A stretch of DNA of 64,000 nt, from assembly GCF_032444005.1 (NCBI RefSeq), contig NC_091289.1, positions 34,472,001 to 34,536,000 on the forward strand, written 5' to 3'. The notes beneath the pieces are model-generated. The model searched no databases, was not told where the DNA came from, and was given only the letters and a program-made list of their open reading frames with translations. The stretch comes from Ranitomeya imitator (lineage: Eukaryota). The position numbers and the translations under genes are program-made. Numbering within the stretch: position 1 is the stretch's first letter; every line of letters begins with the position of its first letter. This document shows positions 48,666-61,800 of this stretch, one piece after another.

Positions 48666-48923
48666 TGTGTCCATGAGTTGAGCTAAAGGGGTTTTATATT
48701 AAAAGGTACTTTTACATTGATGGCCTATTCTTATGACTCTGCAGACATCCGTATTTTCCGGATCGCACTCAGACCAATGTTATTCTATGGGGCAGTGCAC
48801 AAGTCCAATTTTTTCCTTGGATTGAGTATGAAAAAAAATCATAGCATGCACGATATTCGGATATCACTCGGGCATGTGTAACAAGGTGGCACGGGGTGGT
48901 GGTCATGAGTGAGTCCACTAAGA

Positions 48924-49085
48924 CAGAGGTCCCCAACTCCAGTCCTCAAGGCCCACCAACAGGTCATGTTTTCAGGATTTCCTTTGCATTGCACAGGTGA
49001 TGCAATTATTACCTGGGCAAAACTAAGGAAATCCTGAAAACATGACATGTTGGTGGGCCTTGAGGACTGGAGTTGGGGACCTCTG
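48924..49085. mobile_element. Near-perfect palindromic hAT MITE (162 bp)
   Basis: CAGAGGTCCCCAACTCCAG TIR and perfect TSD CACTAAGA. Confidence 0.92.
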
Positions 49086-52000
49086 CACTAAGACACAGTC
49101 AGTGAGCACCCCGGCCCCTTGCACATAGAAAGACAGTTAAAGTCCCAGCACAGTGGCACAGTTGATTACCTCTAGCACACGGTTGCTCTCCTTACTGGAT
49201 GCAACACATGCCACCCTGCAGTTCCGTAGCAAACATTTAATAAAGATGAGCTGACTGAGGTAACATTTCCTGCACTTTCCCTATCAAAATATGCAGCATT
49301 GTCAGCTTTCATCTGGTCTCGGAGAACCAACAGTCTTTCGGTGGGCACTTCCACACTCCAGGTGCCCATTCCCACTGCCCGGTAGTCCTTGGCAGTATTC
49401 TATTCCCTTCAAGGGGTATACTCTGCTCCCAACAGTGAAGCACGTCTTGCCTTGGGCAAGCCTGCCCGGGCTCTGCTCCAGAAGCAGGAAATTCCGGTCT
49501 TGTAAGCTTGCTGGGCCGGCCCCTTTTTTTAACCCCTTCTATCCCTAAACTAACTAAATACAATGACATGGTATGTGCAAAGCATTACACATTACATATG
49601 AATCATGACAGTATGCAACATTAATACACAGCAGAACAGTGTAAACATGAGGGAACCATCAGGGTGCCGCATGGGCCCAGTGTATAGGAGAGAGGAGGCA
49701 AATGAGGGTCCCCGCCACCTCCTTACACATGCAAGTCAACGAGTCCGGGGAAAACATCGGACAGCACGCAGATGAAGGAATTTGTGCAAATAAAGGCAGG
49801 AGATCCGTCACAATGTGCAACCAACTTGTGGATGGTTTCCTTCTACACAGAGCAGATGAAAACTCGACCAATGCAGGACGTGAATTACATTTTGTATGGA
49901 TGAAGTCAAGATAACAAAGAATACCCATTGTTTAAATAACCGACCACGTTTAGATAACTGCAAAAGGCGATTAGAAAAACGTTTATACGTGATACATCTT
50001 TTATTTCATGATCAGTTTAGATATTATAAAAATAACTATTATTACAAATAATATCTCCATTGTAGAAATTATAGCTGCGCTGTTAATTAGAATGGTAGAA
50101 GAAAAAAGTAATGTGTCTTAACTATTGTTAAGTTAAGCCAACCGAGGAGGGTCATTCTTGGAAAAATCGGAATCCATAAATTGTGGTATTAGGAGCCAAA
50201 GCCTTGGATTTCTCCTGAACTTTGCACAGTTTACAAAGAGCAAATATCAAATGCTGTGTCTGGATACAAACGTTGTGATATTGCTGCAAACCTCTGCACT
50301 AAGCGCTGATGGATTTACTGTAGAGGATGTATTGTGTAGGATATCTACAGTCACCATTCACAAATACGAGCATTTATTTCCTGACAAGGACGTGTATTGT
50401 GACCAAGGACATTACAGTATAAAACTTTGATCATAATTGTGTTTTTAGAATTTATGGATTTTTTTTCTCTGACTTTTCAGCAATAGGCATTAGGGTTTAA
50501 CATGCCGCTAGAAGCGGAGGTGGCCCATCTGTGCACTATGAATTAGGATGGGTGGTGCAGAGGTCATAGAGCCTACGGGGCCCAAATGATCCCTTTGACC
50601 CATAATAGAAAAATAATACTACTATAGACCCATGATAGTTAGGAGCCCTGTTGGAGATTTTGCATTGGTGCCCATGAATTTAAAGTTACGCCACTGGGTG
50701 TTTTTGCCAAACGTATTGTTCAAAACTCAATAGTGCATGAGAAAATATGCGTATTTGCAATAGACGAGAAATAAAAATAATGTGGGGTTTTGAAATTACA
50801 ATTCATTTTCATTTATAATAAAGCAACTAAGCTATATGTCCTGCAGGATAAACCATTTTTATTATCGTTATAACTTTTGTAATTCTATATGACAGCAGCT
50901 GCTCCTTACTGACCCCCCCTCCCATCTGGGAAATTATATCACACACCAGCGTTCAGCACCCACCTGTAAGTAATAGCTAGTTTAAGAAGAGGGGGCATGG
51001 GCATGGCCCTTGTCCTCTACAGAGAAACAACAATTATCAGGAGACTGGCTGATAGTACAGGCATAGAGCTGCACACTGCTGTAATGTCCATGAGCAGTGA
51101 GGAGCAGCTCCTGTCACACATGATAATGTCTCCCTGTCTATAATCCAAGATGAGGGGGCATGGTGGGGGGGGGGGTTCTAATATTTTGATAACCCCTTTA
51201 AGATTACCTATTTCATGTTACTCTTTTATGTACTGCATCTACTAAATCACAGGTGGATGTAAATCCGGGTGTCAATATGTCTCTCTGTAGCCAACTTCAG
51301 GTATGTAATTGCAGTGAAAATATAGTTTTAGAATCAACGTTCACCACATTATGTTAATTAACAATCCTTCTACAATGTCAGACAATTTTCCTATACTGAT
51401 TGCAGACTGACAGTATAGCATGTCAGTCTGTCATTAATATGCAATAATCATCTAAAAGTACAAACTGTATTGGAATGATTCCTTTGCCCTCGTAGACTTT
51501 GTTCATTCTCGGCAGCTTATCTTCTGTGCACGCCAGGGGATGTTCTGCTGACCAAACATAACTTTTTGGTCCACATAAATATGTGATCAGCCGTTGACTG
51601 ATTATTGGTGTTTTATTGGTGGAATCTTTATTCAAATAAAAAGCTTTTTACTGTGAGCATTTATTTTAGATTACTGGGTTAGTAATAGGTGTGTCTGATA
51701 GACGCCTCTCCATTACTAACACCAGGGGTTGATGCCAGTTGACATTACACAGCTGACATCAACCCCATAAAAATATTATCCCGATTGCTTTCGCACCAGG
51801 GCAATTGGAAAGAACAAGGCAAAGAGTCAGAATTGGCACATCTAATGTGATGCACCATTTCTGCAGTGGCTGCGGGCTGGTATTTTTACGATGGGAAGGT
51901 TGTCAAAAATAGAAGGTACCCCACGTCATTTTGTAAAATTAAACATTTATTTAATTAAATAATGATTTAATAGGTTTTAAAAAGGTTAATAACATCCTTT

Positions 52001-53365
52001 AGTGCCATATGAAAGGCATTAAAGGGTGCAACTTCATAATATTTAGGGGTGGGGCAGACCTTATTCTGAATTCTCCCTCCTATAACAACTCTCCCTGAAC
52101 TGCTTACTGAACATTGTGTGCCGAGCATCATGTCACCTGGTCTTCTATAAGACCAGATGGCGGTACGTGGCCGCCCAATTACATTAATGCCAGTAGCCAA
52201 CATGGCTATGACATTACTGTGCATGGCGGGCAGTTCCTCATGTTCATTGGATGTCTAACAGGCGCCAAACATGCAAATCGAGGACTCAAGCATGGCGCTC
52301 AGGCGCTTGCGATAATTGATCATGTAACGAGCGTGCCTGATCACCCCGATGCTCTCTATCACTATTCCTTACCATAAGAACTATTAATCGGTGGAATAGT
52401 CTACCTCAGAAGCAGATGGGTTTTTTAGAAGAAAATAACATAAATGCTTATGTAAATGTATAAAATTCTTGTTTGAGAGTTGTTCCACATGATCAACACT
52501 CGATGTCAGGAGGGAAAAATTTGCTCTTTCGAGGCAGACTGGATCATGATTTATAGCTGTACCCATACCTTTACATTTATCTTCTCTGGTCCCTTGGTTG
52601 GATATGATGGATATGTGTCTTTTTTTTAGCCGTACTATGTAACTATGAAATAAAATGCTTTTGAGTAAATTCTTCTGGAAACGCTGAGACTCGAAAGCAT
52701 TCAAAAGGCTGAACATCCAAAATCTTTTTAACTTTTTGCAGAACTGAAAAACGTTAAAGAAACTTCACCAGGTAGGTGAGATAATTAACTAACTAAGATC
52801 AAAGTGCCGAAGAAATTGAGCTCTGGTGGCCTTACCGAACCTGACATTGACTTCCTCTTCTTGATGGTTGTACACTTTTCTTTAACACATTTAGATTTTT
52901 TTTCTGCCATTTCGTCATCCAAAAAACATAAAATCACATACAACTAAGTACTAGAGCACTAGTATTGTAGTATTATTTTCCCTATCCCCATGTCATGTCT
53001 GGTGGTATTATCAGAAACAGTACAATTGGGTCATTTGGGCATTACAATATTTGCCTGTTCACGATGATTGCCAATATTATCGATTGACACTCACTCAAGC
53101 AATTCTGCCCCAGCCCAGGATGAAACTTTTTTTTTTAAGCCCGTTGTTTCCTTTTTGCTGTACTTTTCTTCTCAATCTTATTAGACCATCACAGCTACTA
53201 TATGTTACTGGGGACTAATAAAAGCAAAATTGCATCCTCGAAAAAAGTTTACCCAGTGTTTGTTACTTAAATTACTTTGATCAAAAGTTTCTTAATAAGA
53301 TAAAAGTAAGAATTTTGTCTAATTTTTTTTTCTCCAAAGGAAAAAAATTTTGCTACATTTCTTTG

Positions 53366-53367
53366 AA

Positions 53368-53438
<71 letters not shown>
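53366..53438. repeat. (TA)n microsatellite; others at ~23210-23266 and ~38559-38592, (TTA)n at ~63640-63690
   Basis: Direct reading. Confidence 0.95.
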
Positions 53439-54187
53439 CTGTACAACTTCAAAAAGTTTTCAGTAGTGTACAATCATTTTACAATTTTGGCACCATGTCA
53501 TTCTTTAGGACTCGTAATTTCAGTGCTTTAAGAATTGCTCAATTCACCAATTATATATTAAATTAAGAAATTTCTTAAATTCTTCTCGTTGAGACGGTCT
53601 TTTGATAGAGAGACTTCCATTGTACCAGACTCTAATAGGTTTTGCTAAGTGGGACTGGTGTTTTAAAGTGACTGCCTTGGCTATACATTAGTGGCCTAAT
53701 CTAATTCACAAGAGTCAATTATCGGCCTGTGTATAAACCATTTCCCAGGGAGTGATGATGGCTTTGTAAATGAAGACAGCCTGTGCTCTTGCACAGATAA
53801 AAAGACAAAGGTCTGGCTGTCGGAGGTATGTCTCCTTTTGAGTACACAGGACTAAAACATCAATTATTGCCCCTACATACCGCTGTCAGAAATGTTTCAA
53901 GAAAATGTTTTAATGTTCTACGAGTGCACAGAATATCTTCATATATCTCATGTCCATCACATAAAATGGACAGGAGTTGTCTCCTGGAAGTTAACAATGA
54001 AAATTGTTATTGAATGACAGCGAGCAGAGACCTTGAAGATTATGAAAATTGATAGAAAAAAGTATATTGGAAAATTGTAGAACTTTTCTGTTATGAGGAA
54101 TAAGTGAGGTGAGACTGTGTAGTGGAGTCCAAGGATTACGAGTCTTCACCCTTTAAGGCCAATACAAGGAATTTGCCTTCAGGGAAG

Positions 54188-54590
54188 AGATATCGTTTCT
54201 CCTTGCGGAGAGTGACATGTTAAGCATGTCGAGATGAGCAGAATTAAAGCTGCAAAGCTCCTCTGGGAAATATGCAAATTGTCTCTTCAGAGAGGAAGAG
54301 AACTAGAACTCTAGTGCCACCTATTGGAAGTAGTAATCCTAATAGTCAATGTCGACCCGTTAACGAGCCTTGTCACATGACTTAGGATAATAGCCAAACC
54401 AGAATCTCAATTTGCAGACACTGTGTTTTGGGGTACTTCCCCTCATCAGTGCAAAGTGGAGATCTGGTTTGGCTGAGAGAGTCATGTGACAAGGCTCATT
54501 AAAGGGTTGACATTGACTGTTAGGATTGCTACTTCCAATAGGTGGCACTAGAGTTCTAGTCCTCTTCCTCTCTGAAGAGACAATTTGACT
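54188..54590 (-). mobile_element. Hammerhead-carrying repeat (retrozyme-like), copy C, palindromic
   Basis: Homologous to A and B, circularly permuted. Inverted arms span 54275-54587. Confidence 0.78.
54411..54455 (-). ncRNA. Type I hammerhead ribozyme motif (G12A variant)
   Basis: UUUGCA-CUGAUGA-GGGG AAGUA CCCC-AAAA-CACAGUGU-C-UGCAAA: 6-bp stem I, canonical CUGAUGA, 4-bp stem II, GUC cleavage triplet. Confidence 0.8.
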
Positions 54591-55388
54591 TCAGGGAAGG
54601 AAATCCACAGGTTATACATTCCCCAAAGCTAAATGGCAGATCCTGGTTTGAGGCTGAACAGGACCATTCTCAGTGGTGAGACAGGAGTCAGATCTTGATC
54701 AGGTGGAAGCCAAAGGTCCCAAACCAGTTGTGGTGCAACAAGTCCTAAGATGGCTGGCAGAGGAGTAGTCAAGAACAGCCCAGAGGAGAGCAGAAGAAAA
54801 ATATAAGTAGGAGGAAAATCCAATTAGAAGAGTCTGGAAACAACCGTAACCTCTCAAATATATTTTTCATTAAATCCAAAACTGACCTAATCTGAGAATG
54901 CAAATAGTTCATTGCCCTTTGTGATCCAACGCCCTTAGCCAGCTGGTGAGACCACCTAATGAGATGGTCTGCCAAAGCACTGATTAGCTAGCTAGCTAGG
55001 CACTTAGACCATCAACAGAAGCATGTTTGCAGTACATTTGCCATCAAAAATCACCACCAGCCCCCTAGAGAATCCTATAATGGCGACAGGAACTGAGGTC
55101 CGCTAGCGCAGGAACATGGCGAGATGAACAGCTTTCTTGTACAAAACCAGGATACTTTTCTATACAAAATGCCTGCAATGCCAACAACAAGCAGTGGGGT
55201 GTCTTGCTGCTGGGACCCACAATTCAGATTTAACATTTTAGTACTGTAAAGCCTCTGTGCACTGCAGTACTTGCCTCATTACGCTTTGCTTTTAGAGAGA
55301 TATTCCAGTTTAGAAGCAATACTTCTAGAGAATTCCTTCGTACATATAGAGTCCAACTGAACTTCTGTCTAATGTGTAGCGGGGGGCC

Positions 55389-55967
55389 TTAAAGGGGTTA
55401 TCCAGGACTTTAACATTGATGGTCAATCCTTAGGATAGGTCATCAATGTCTGATCGGTGGGGATGCGACATCCAGCACCTCCGCCAATCAGTTGTTCTCA
55501 GTGTTGGCAGTGGCCGGAACTGCTCAGTTACGGAGCTCCACAGCACCATAAAATAGTAGCCGCAGCCGGGTACTGCACATCAGCTCCCTATTTATTTGAA
55601 TAGTTGGTGTATGTGCAGTACCCGGCCGCAGCCATCATACAGTCGATGGAGCTGTGCGAAGGTTCATCAGGGGGCAGAGAGTGCGGTAACTGCCACAGCC
55701 TCTGTCCCCTCCCTGAAACAAAGCGTCATCAGTGACACTTGTGTCAGTGGCTGGGCTAGTCCCTTCATAATGTGCACAATGACAGTGCGCTCCCTCTTGC
55801 CGACTTACATGCACAATGACAGCGCACTCTCTGTTTCCTGCCCAAATGTGCACAATGATAGCACACCGGAAGTAGCTGATCGGCGGAGGTTCCAGAAGTC
55901 ACATCCACACCGATCCCACATTGATGACCTATCCTAAGGATAGGTCATAAATGTTAAAGTCCTTTAA
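55389..55967. mobile_element. TTAA-flanked MITE (T2-like)
   Basis: TTAAAGG...CCTTTAA ends with inverted ATCCTTAGGATAGGTCATCAATG. Confidence 0.7.
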
Positions 55968-58072
55968 CACTCGACTACGATATCAGACTACACAGAGGGA
56001 GTTCCTAGTCTGCGACCATGGAAGCACATACAATAGGTCTTCTTTGGAGCACTGTACGGAAATGAGTAGAAAAATTTTAACTAGGACTATTAGCAAAGTC
56101 GCTTTTTTGGTGCACTGGGGAAATAAAAATGGTGGAAACGCGCACAAATTCTTATTACAGGTATTAGAAAAAAAGGAAAGACGAATATGGCTCGACAACA
56201 TCAGAAATGACCCTTAATGTTCTCTGACTCTGACTGGTAAACTGCTTAGCCTTTGGGGCATACATTATAATGTTGTTTTGGCTTCAACGACAATCTCACC
56301 GATACTAACATATATCAAATCCAAAAATAAATGGAGATAAGATATCAATGAAAGAATAGCCGTAAGCTAGAACTCGGTGGGTTGGCATAATGATCGCCAG
56401 ATTTCCTTGATACTAGATTTCTTAGCCATTTTATCTACAGAAATAGAGATTTATTTAATCTAAACTCACGGGAAGAGTTCAATGCAGTTATTTTCTGTCG
56501 GTCTTATTTAATATTGTTTTCATAAATCTTCATCTATTTCCAATCATCCTGAATGATCAAACTTTTTACTTTGTGTGTGCGTCAACTTAAAGAATGAACA
56601 TATCAGCAGGCAGGTGAATTATTCCTGTACCCCTCGGGTGACGGCTCCATGTACCTAGTTATTCTGTTGTTGTTGTTGTATTCAGACGAGTTGAAAATGG
56701 AACAAATGTCGGGAATGAGATGCCACAGATGAATAATAGAGAACATTATAGACAGAATGGCTTTCAATGTGATTGGATTTAACAACGCCGCAGATAAAAT
56801 TAAAGCAATTCCACCAAAATGGTATCTGCCTTGTAAATTGTAAAAAGATCTTGTCAGCACAACGCTGGACTCGCTCTGTCATGTTAAGTTAACTATTTCA
56901 TATAAGGCAAAATCGGATTTAGACTGAAAATAGGTATCTGTAGAATTTTTCCACAACAGATGCTTTGTAATATATGGGATGTAAAAAAACAAATGTGGAA
57001 GTGATGAAAAAACATGTTTTATGCCCAAGTGTGCCAGCTACAGAGAGCGTGCTGTCATTGTGCACATGTGGGCAGGAAACAGAGAGTGCGCTGTCATTGT
57101 GCACGTGTGACGGCAAGAGGGAGCTCACTGTCATTGTGCACATCATGAAGGGACTAGCCCAGCCACTGACACGAGTGTCACTGATGACGCTTTGTTTCAG
57201 GGAGGAGACAGGGGCTGCAGCAGTTACCGCACTCACTGCCCCCTGATGACACTTTATTTGAGTATTGCATGCACTGGGATTCTCAAACTAAGCTTTATCA
57301 AAAAGGAAGTAGGGAAAACAATACAAAAGCAGTTAGACAGTGTAGTTAAGGAAGGATAGGACATTTTTAATGCAAGTTTACTAGCACATAGTTTAGATAA
57401 TGCACAAAATAGAGAGGGAGTTAAGAATGGAAATTACTCTGGCCTTCAGATCACCCATTTAAAGAGTAACTAAACTTTCACAACATATTTTCACATTTAC
57501 TAGGCACTTTAATTCATGGGGTCCGGGAACACTCTTGACTCCCCAGCTCTGCACTGTTTGAAGGTCTATTGATTGGTGGGGGTCTCAGGATGTGGTCCCC
57601 CACCAATCTGCATGCAACTAAAGTGTCTACCAAAAATAACAAAAAATGCAGTAAAAGTTTAGTTACTCTTTAGGCATGATACTTGGAGGAGCAACATATT
57701 GTACCTGGACTTCTCCCTCCAATCTCTAGAGTTTCTAATTGTACAGGCAGGATTTTTATTTTTTAAAAATGGTCTTGCCCCCTAAATGGTACCCTAGGTG
57801 ACTGCCTAGATTGCCTACCCCTGTCCTGTCTCTGCTTCTGCCATGATGGGTTTTCTATAGAAGAAGTCCTAGGGTCCCTGACTCTGGAGAACCCAGCGCA
57901 TTTGTGCACTACATGAACATCCCATTGGTTTCAAGAGAAACTGATGGATTTACTTCAATTCAATTCACCGTTTATCACTGGATACTCAAGCAGCATATCA
58001 TAACAGGTTAAATATTAAAGGGATTGTCCACTTTGAACAATGCCTATTGTTACAAGGGTCCCCTGAAGCTCA

Positions 58073-58525
58073 AAGGGGTTGTCCGGTCTAAAATGATAAG
58101 TCTGCAGTCGCTCTAAGTGACTGCAGACTAATGAATTCCCCCAGTGCACACATTGTGTTCTGCGAGGATTCTGAGCAGGGAATGGTGGTGATTTAAGTGT
58201 TCTGCATTCTCCCGACCAGAACCCAGCTAGTGGACGTGGCCTCACTCCATAAACTTGTATTGAGCGAGGCCGCGCCCCGTCTAGTGACAAGGCCGTTCAG
58301 TGGGGGCAGCCGTCTAGTGGCCACAGCCTCGCTCTATAAAAGTGTATGGAGCGATGCCGCACCCACTAGTTGGGTTCTGATCGGAAGTACGCTTAACGCA
58401 TACATCACCGCCATTCCTGGCACAGAAACCGCAGAATCCTCGCAGGGTACAGTGTGGGATTCATTAGTCTGCAGTCACATCGAGCGACTGCAGACTTATC
58501 ATTTTAGCCCAGACAACCCCTTTAA
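58073..58525. mobile_element. Palindromic T2-like MITE
   Basis: AAAGGGGTTGTC...GACAACCCCTTTAA with long inverted arms. Confidence 0.8.
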
Positions 58526-60089
58526 AGGGAATGTGCCATCAGGTTTCTATGTTAAGTTTATTTTTTTTAAAAACTGGACTACATTTAAACAATCATTTTC
58601 TGGGAGTGGTCACTTAACTATTTTTCTTACAGAGTTTGAAGTCAGATGTGATGTATCAGGTCAGAACGTTAAGAAATGTTTGTTTACAATTTATTTTTAT
58701 GTTTAGCTTGAAAAATTGACAAAACGGCTGAAGTACAGAATGACACATGATATTTTTCATACAAAAAGATTAGTCAATATACTAACCCAAAAGATCCTCT
58801 GTTATGCAGATTCTTAATTGTTAGGCACAAATGTTCGTCTTTTGGATTACAAATATACCGAGTGAGCAATGGGAATGGAAGCAAACTTATTTCCATTTAG
58901 CAATACACACTTTACACTACTCTTTGAACTGTAAAAAAAGATCCTCGATTCATCCCAAACAACCTCACATCCCATTAACTAACTATAAAAATTGGAAATC
59001 TTGCTATCTTCAGTCTGGTTACAAGACCTTATGCTAGACTCATACTTCTGTTTTGTACAATAGACGTTTCAGAAGTCTCATTATCATCACAGCCAGGATT
59101 ACAATGACAAGCAAGACCTCAATACTCAGTTGGTAACACCGGACCCACCATTCAGAGGGGAGATGATGCCATAACTTCCCTCTCTTCACAATGACCTTTG
59201 ATCGGGGTCAGATCGGGGTCCGAGATAGAGTTATACCCCTAAAGGCCGTGTGCTCAACAGGAAGCAGGAGTTTAATATTAAACCTAATGGCCAGTGTGAG
59301 AAAGAAAAAAAAAAAGAAAAAAAAAAAAATATATATATATATATATATAGTAAACAAAAAGGGAAACAGCACAAAAAGCTGTAAAAAATAAGAGGACTGT
59401 AATGCCCTGTGGCGTGGCGACGTTTCGGATAAAACAAATCCTTTCTCAAGCAATGAATCAAGCAGTGCTGCAGACATATATAGGGTGCACATGTCATTAA
59501 TGAATTAATTAGCATAACATTTCAAACATGATTTGTGAAGACCTAATCACCGTATTACATAGATTAAAGTGCTAAGAGCAAATATACAAAATCTTTCGTA
59601 AAATTTCTTATACTTGTATAGTGATATATAGTGTACAAAGTACTTAATATTGCAAATATCATGTGATTATTTAAATAGTCACAGGTGTTGCACACCAAAA
59701 AGGACTAAAAATACACACACATCTTCATTAAAAATACATGCTAGATCCTCGGCGTCCCCAGGAGTCTATTGCGCATGTCTGTGACGACATAACAATCTTC
59801 CCATAAATCCAAATGTGTATTCACCCGCGCAATTTATCCGAAATGTTGCCACGCCACAGGGCATTAAAGTCCTCTTTTTTACATCTTTTTCCCTTTTTGC
59901 TTACTTTCCGGAAGGCCATTGGAATGCTTGTCAGGGAAGCATGCACGCTTTAAGGTATTTTTTCTGGTGCTGTTCCTCTTTTTCTACAAATATATATATA
60001 TATATATATTACAAAATGCATTTGACATAAAAATCTAATTTTCTGATGACCCATTCCCTTTTAGCACTCTGATAATGACAAAATTACTG

Positions 60090-61800
60090 AAGGGGAGCTT
60101 GCTCATCTTCTCTCCAAATCACACCTCACCACTTGTGGTCTTGACACCATCCCACCTTCTCCCCAACCTCACCACCACACTAATCCCATCCCTAACCCAT
60201 CTCTTCAACCTATCACTAACTTCTGGTATCTTCCCCACTGCTTTCAAACATGCCACATTCACACCTATCCTCAAAAGCCATCCCTTGACCTGAGCGCTAT
60301 GTCCAGCTATCGCCCCATATCTTTGCTCCCATTTGCTTCCAAACTCCTTGAGCAGCACGTCCATGCTGAACTTTCCTCTCACTTTGCATCTAACTCTCTC
60401 TTCGACAACCTACAATCTGGGGCTTACTTACAGCCAAAGCTAATAGACAATTCTCTATACTCCTCCTTCTAGACCTGTCCTCTGCCTTCGACACAGTTGA
60501 CCACTGCCTCCTACTACAGATCCTCTCTTCCTTTGGTGTCAAAGACCTCGCCCTATCTTGGATCTCCTCATATCTTACCAACCGCATTTAGCGTTTCCTA
60601 CTTCCACACTACCTCCTCATCCCACCCTCTCTGTTGGTGTCCCTCAAGGCTCTGTCCTTGGGCCTTTACTCTTCTCAATCTATACACTTGGCCTGGGACA
60701 ACTCATAGCATTTCCAGTACCATCTATATGCTGATGACACTCAGATCTACCTCTCTGGTCCAGATGTCACCTCTCTGCTCTCCAGAATCCCAGAGAGTCT
60801 ATCAGCCATATCCTCCTTCTTCTCCTCTCGCTTCCTCAAGTTCAGTGTGAACAAATCTGAACTAATTATCTTTCCTCCATCTCACATATCTTCCCTACCT
60901 GATCTATCTCTCACAATAAATGAAATCACACTTTCCCCTGTCCCCAAAATCCGCTGCCTTGGAGTAACCCTTGACTCTGCCCTGTCCTTCAAACCGCACA
61001 TCCAAGCTCTCGCCACCTCCTGTCGCCTCCAGCTCAAAACTATTTTCAGAATCCGTCCTTTCCTCAACCCTCACTCTACCAAAATGCTTGTGCGTGCCCT
61101 AATCATCTCCCGCCTCGACTACTGCAACATCCACCTCTGTGGCCCACTTTCTAACACTCCCGCACCCCTCCAGTCCATCCTTAACTCTGCTGCCCGACTA
61201 ATTAATCTCTTTCCTCGCCACACTCCTGCTTCCCCTCTTTGCAAATTCCTTCACTGGCTCCCAATTTCCCAATGTATCCAGTTTAAACTACTAACACTGA
61301 CCTACAAAGCCATCCATAACCTTTCTCTTCCGTGTATTTCCAAACTCTCTCAATATCTTCCCTCACGTAATCTCCTGTCCTCCCAAGACCTCCTTCTCTC
61401 CTCCACGAATATTCGCTGCTCACCCAATCGCCTCCAAGACTTCTCCCGAATATCCCCCATCCTCTGGAATTCTTTGCCCCAACGCGTCCGGTTATCCACC
61501 ACATTTGGATCCTTCAAAAAAAACTTGAAAACCCATCTCTTCAAAGAAGCTTACAGCCTGTAAAGACCACACGGCCACCTCAACACCATCGGAGCTCCTG
61601 CAACCCTCGACCTACTGTCTCCTTCCCCATAATCCTGTAGAATGTAAGCCCGCAAGGGCAGGGTCCTCTCCCCTCTGTATCAGTCTGTCATTGTTAGTTT
61701 GTTTTCTGTAAGTGATATTTGTATTTTGATGCAACCCCTTCTCATGTACAGCACCATGGAATTAATGGTGTTATGTAAATAAATAATAATAAATAATAAT
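60090..61800 (+). mobile_element. L2 LINE, 5'-truncated, degenerate RT and 3' UTR
   Basis: [41 protein letters not shown]. The 3' tail is TGTACAGCACCATGGAAT...(AAT)n. Confidence 0.93.

Noticed and set aside
49100-49900. Possible coding remnant on the minus strand
   Set aside because: Short broken frames with no motif I can assign.
50951-50960. TTCAGCACC as an RE1 site
   Set aside because: Left half-site only, with no GGACAG half nearby.
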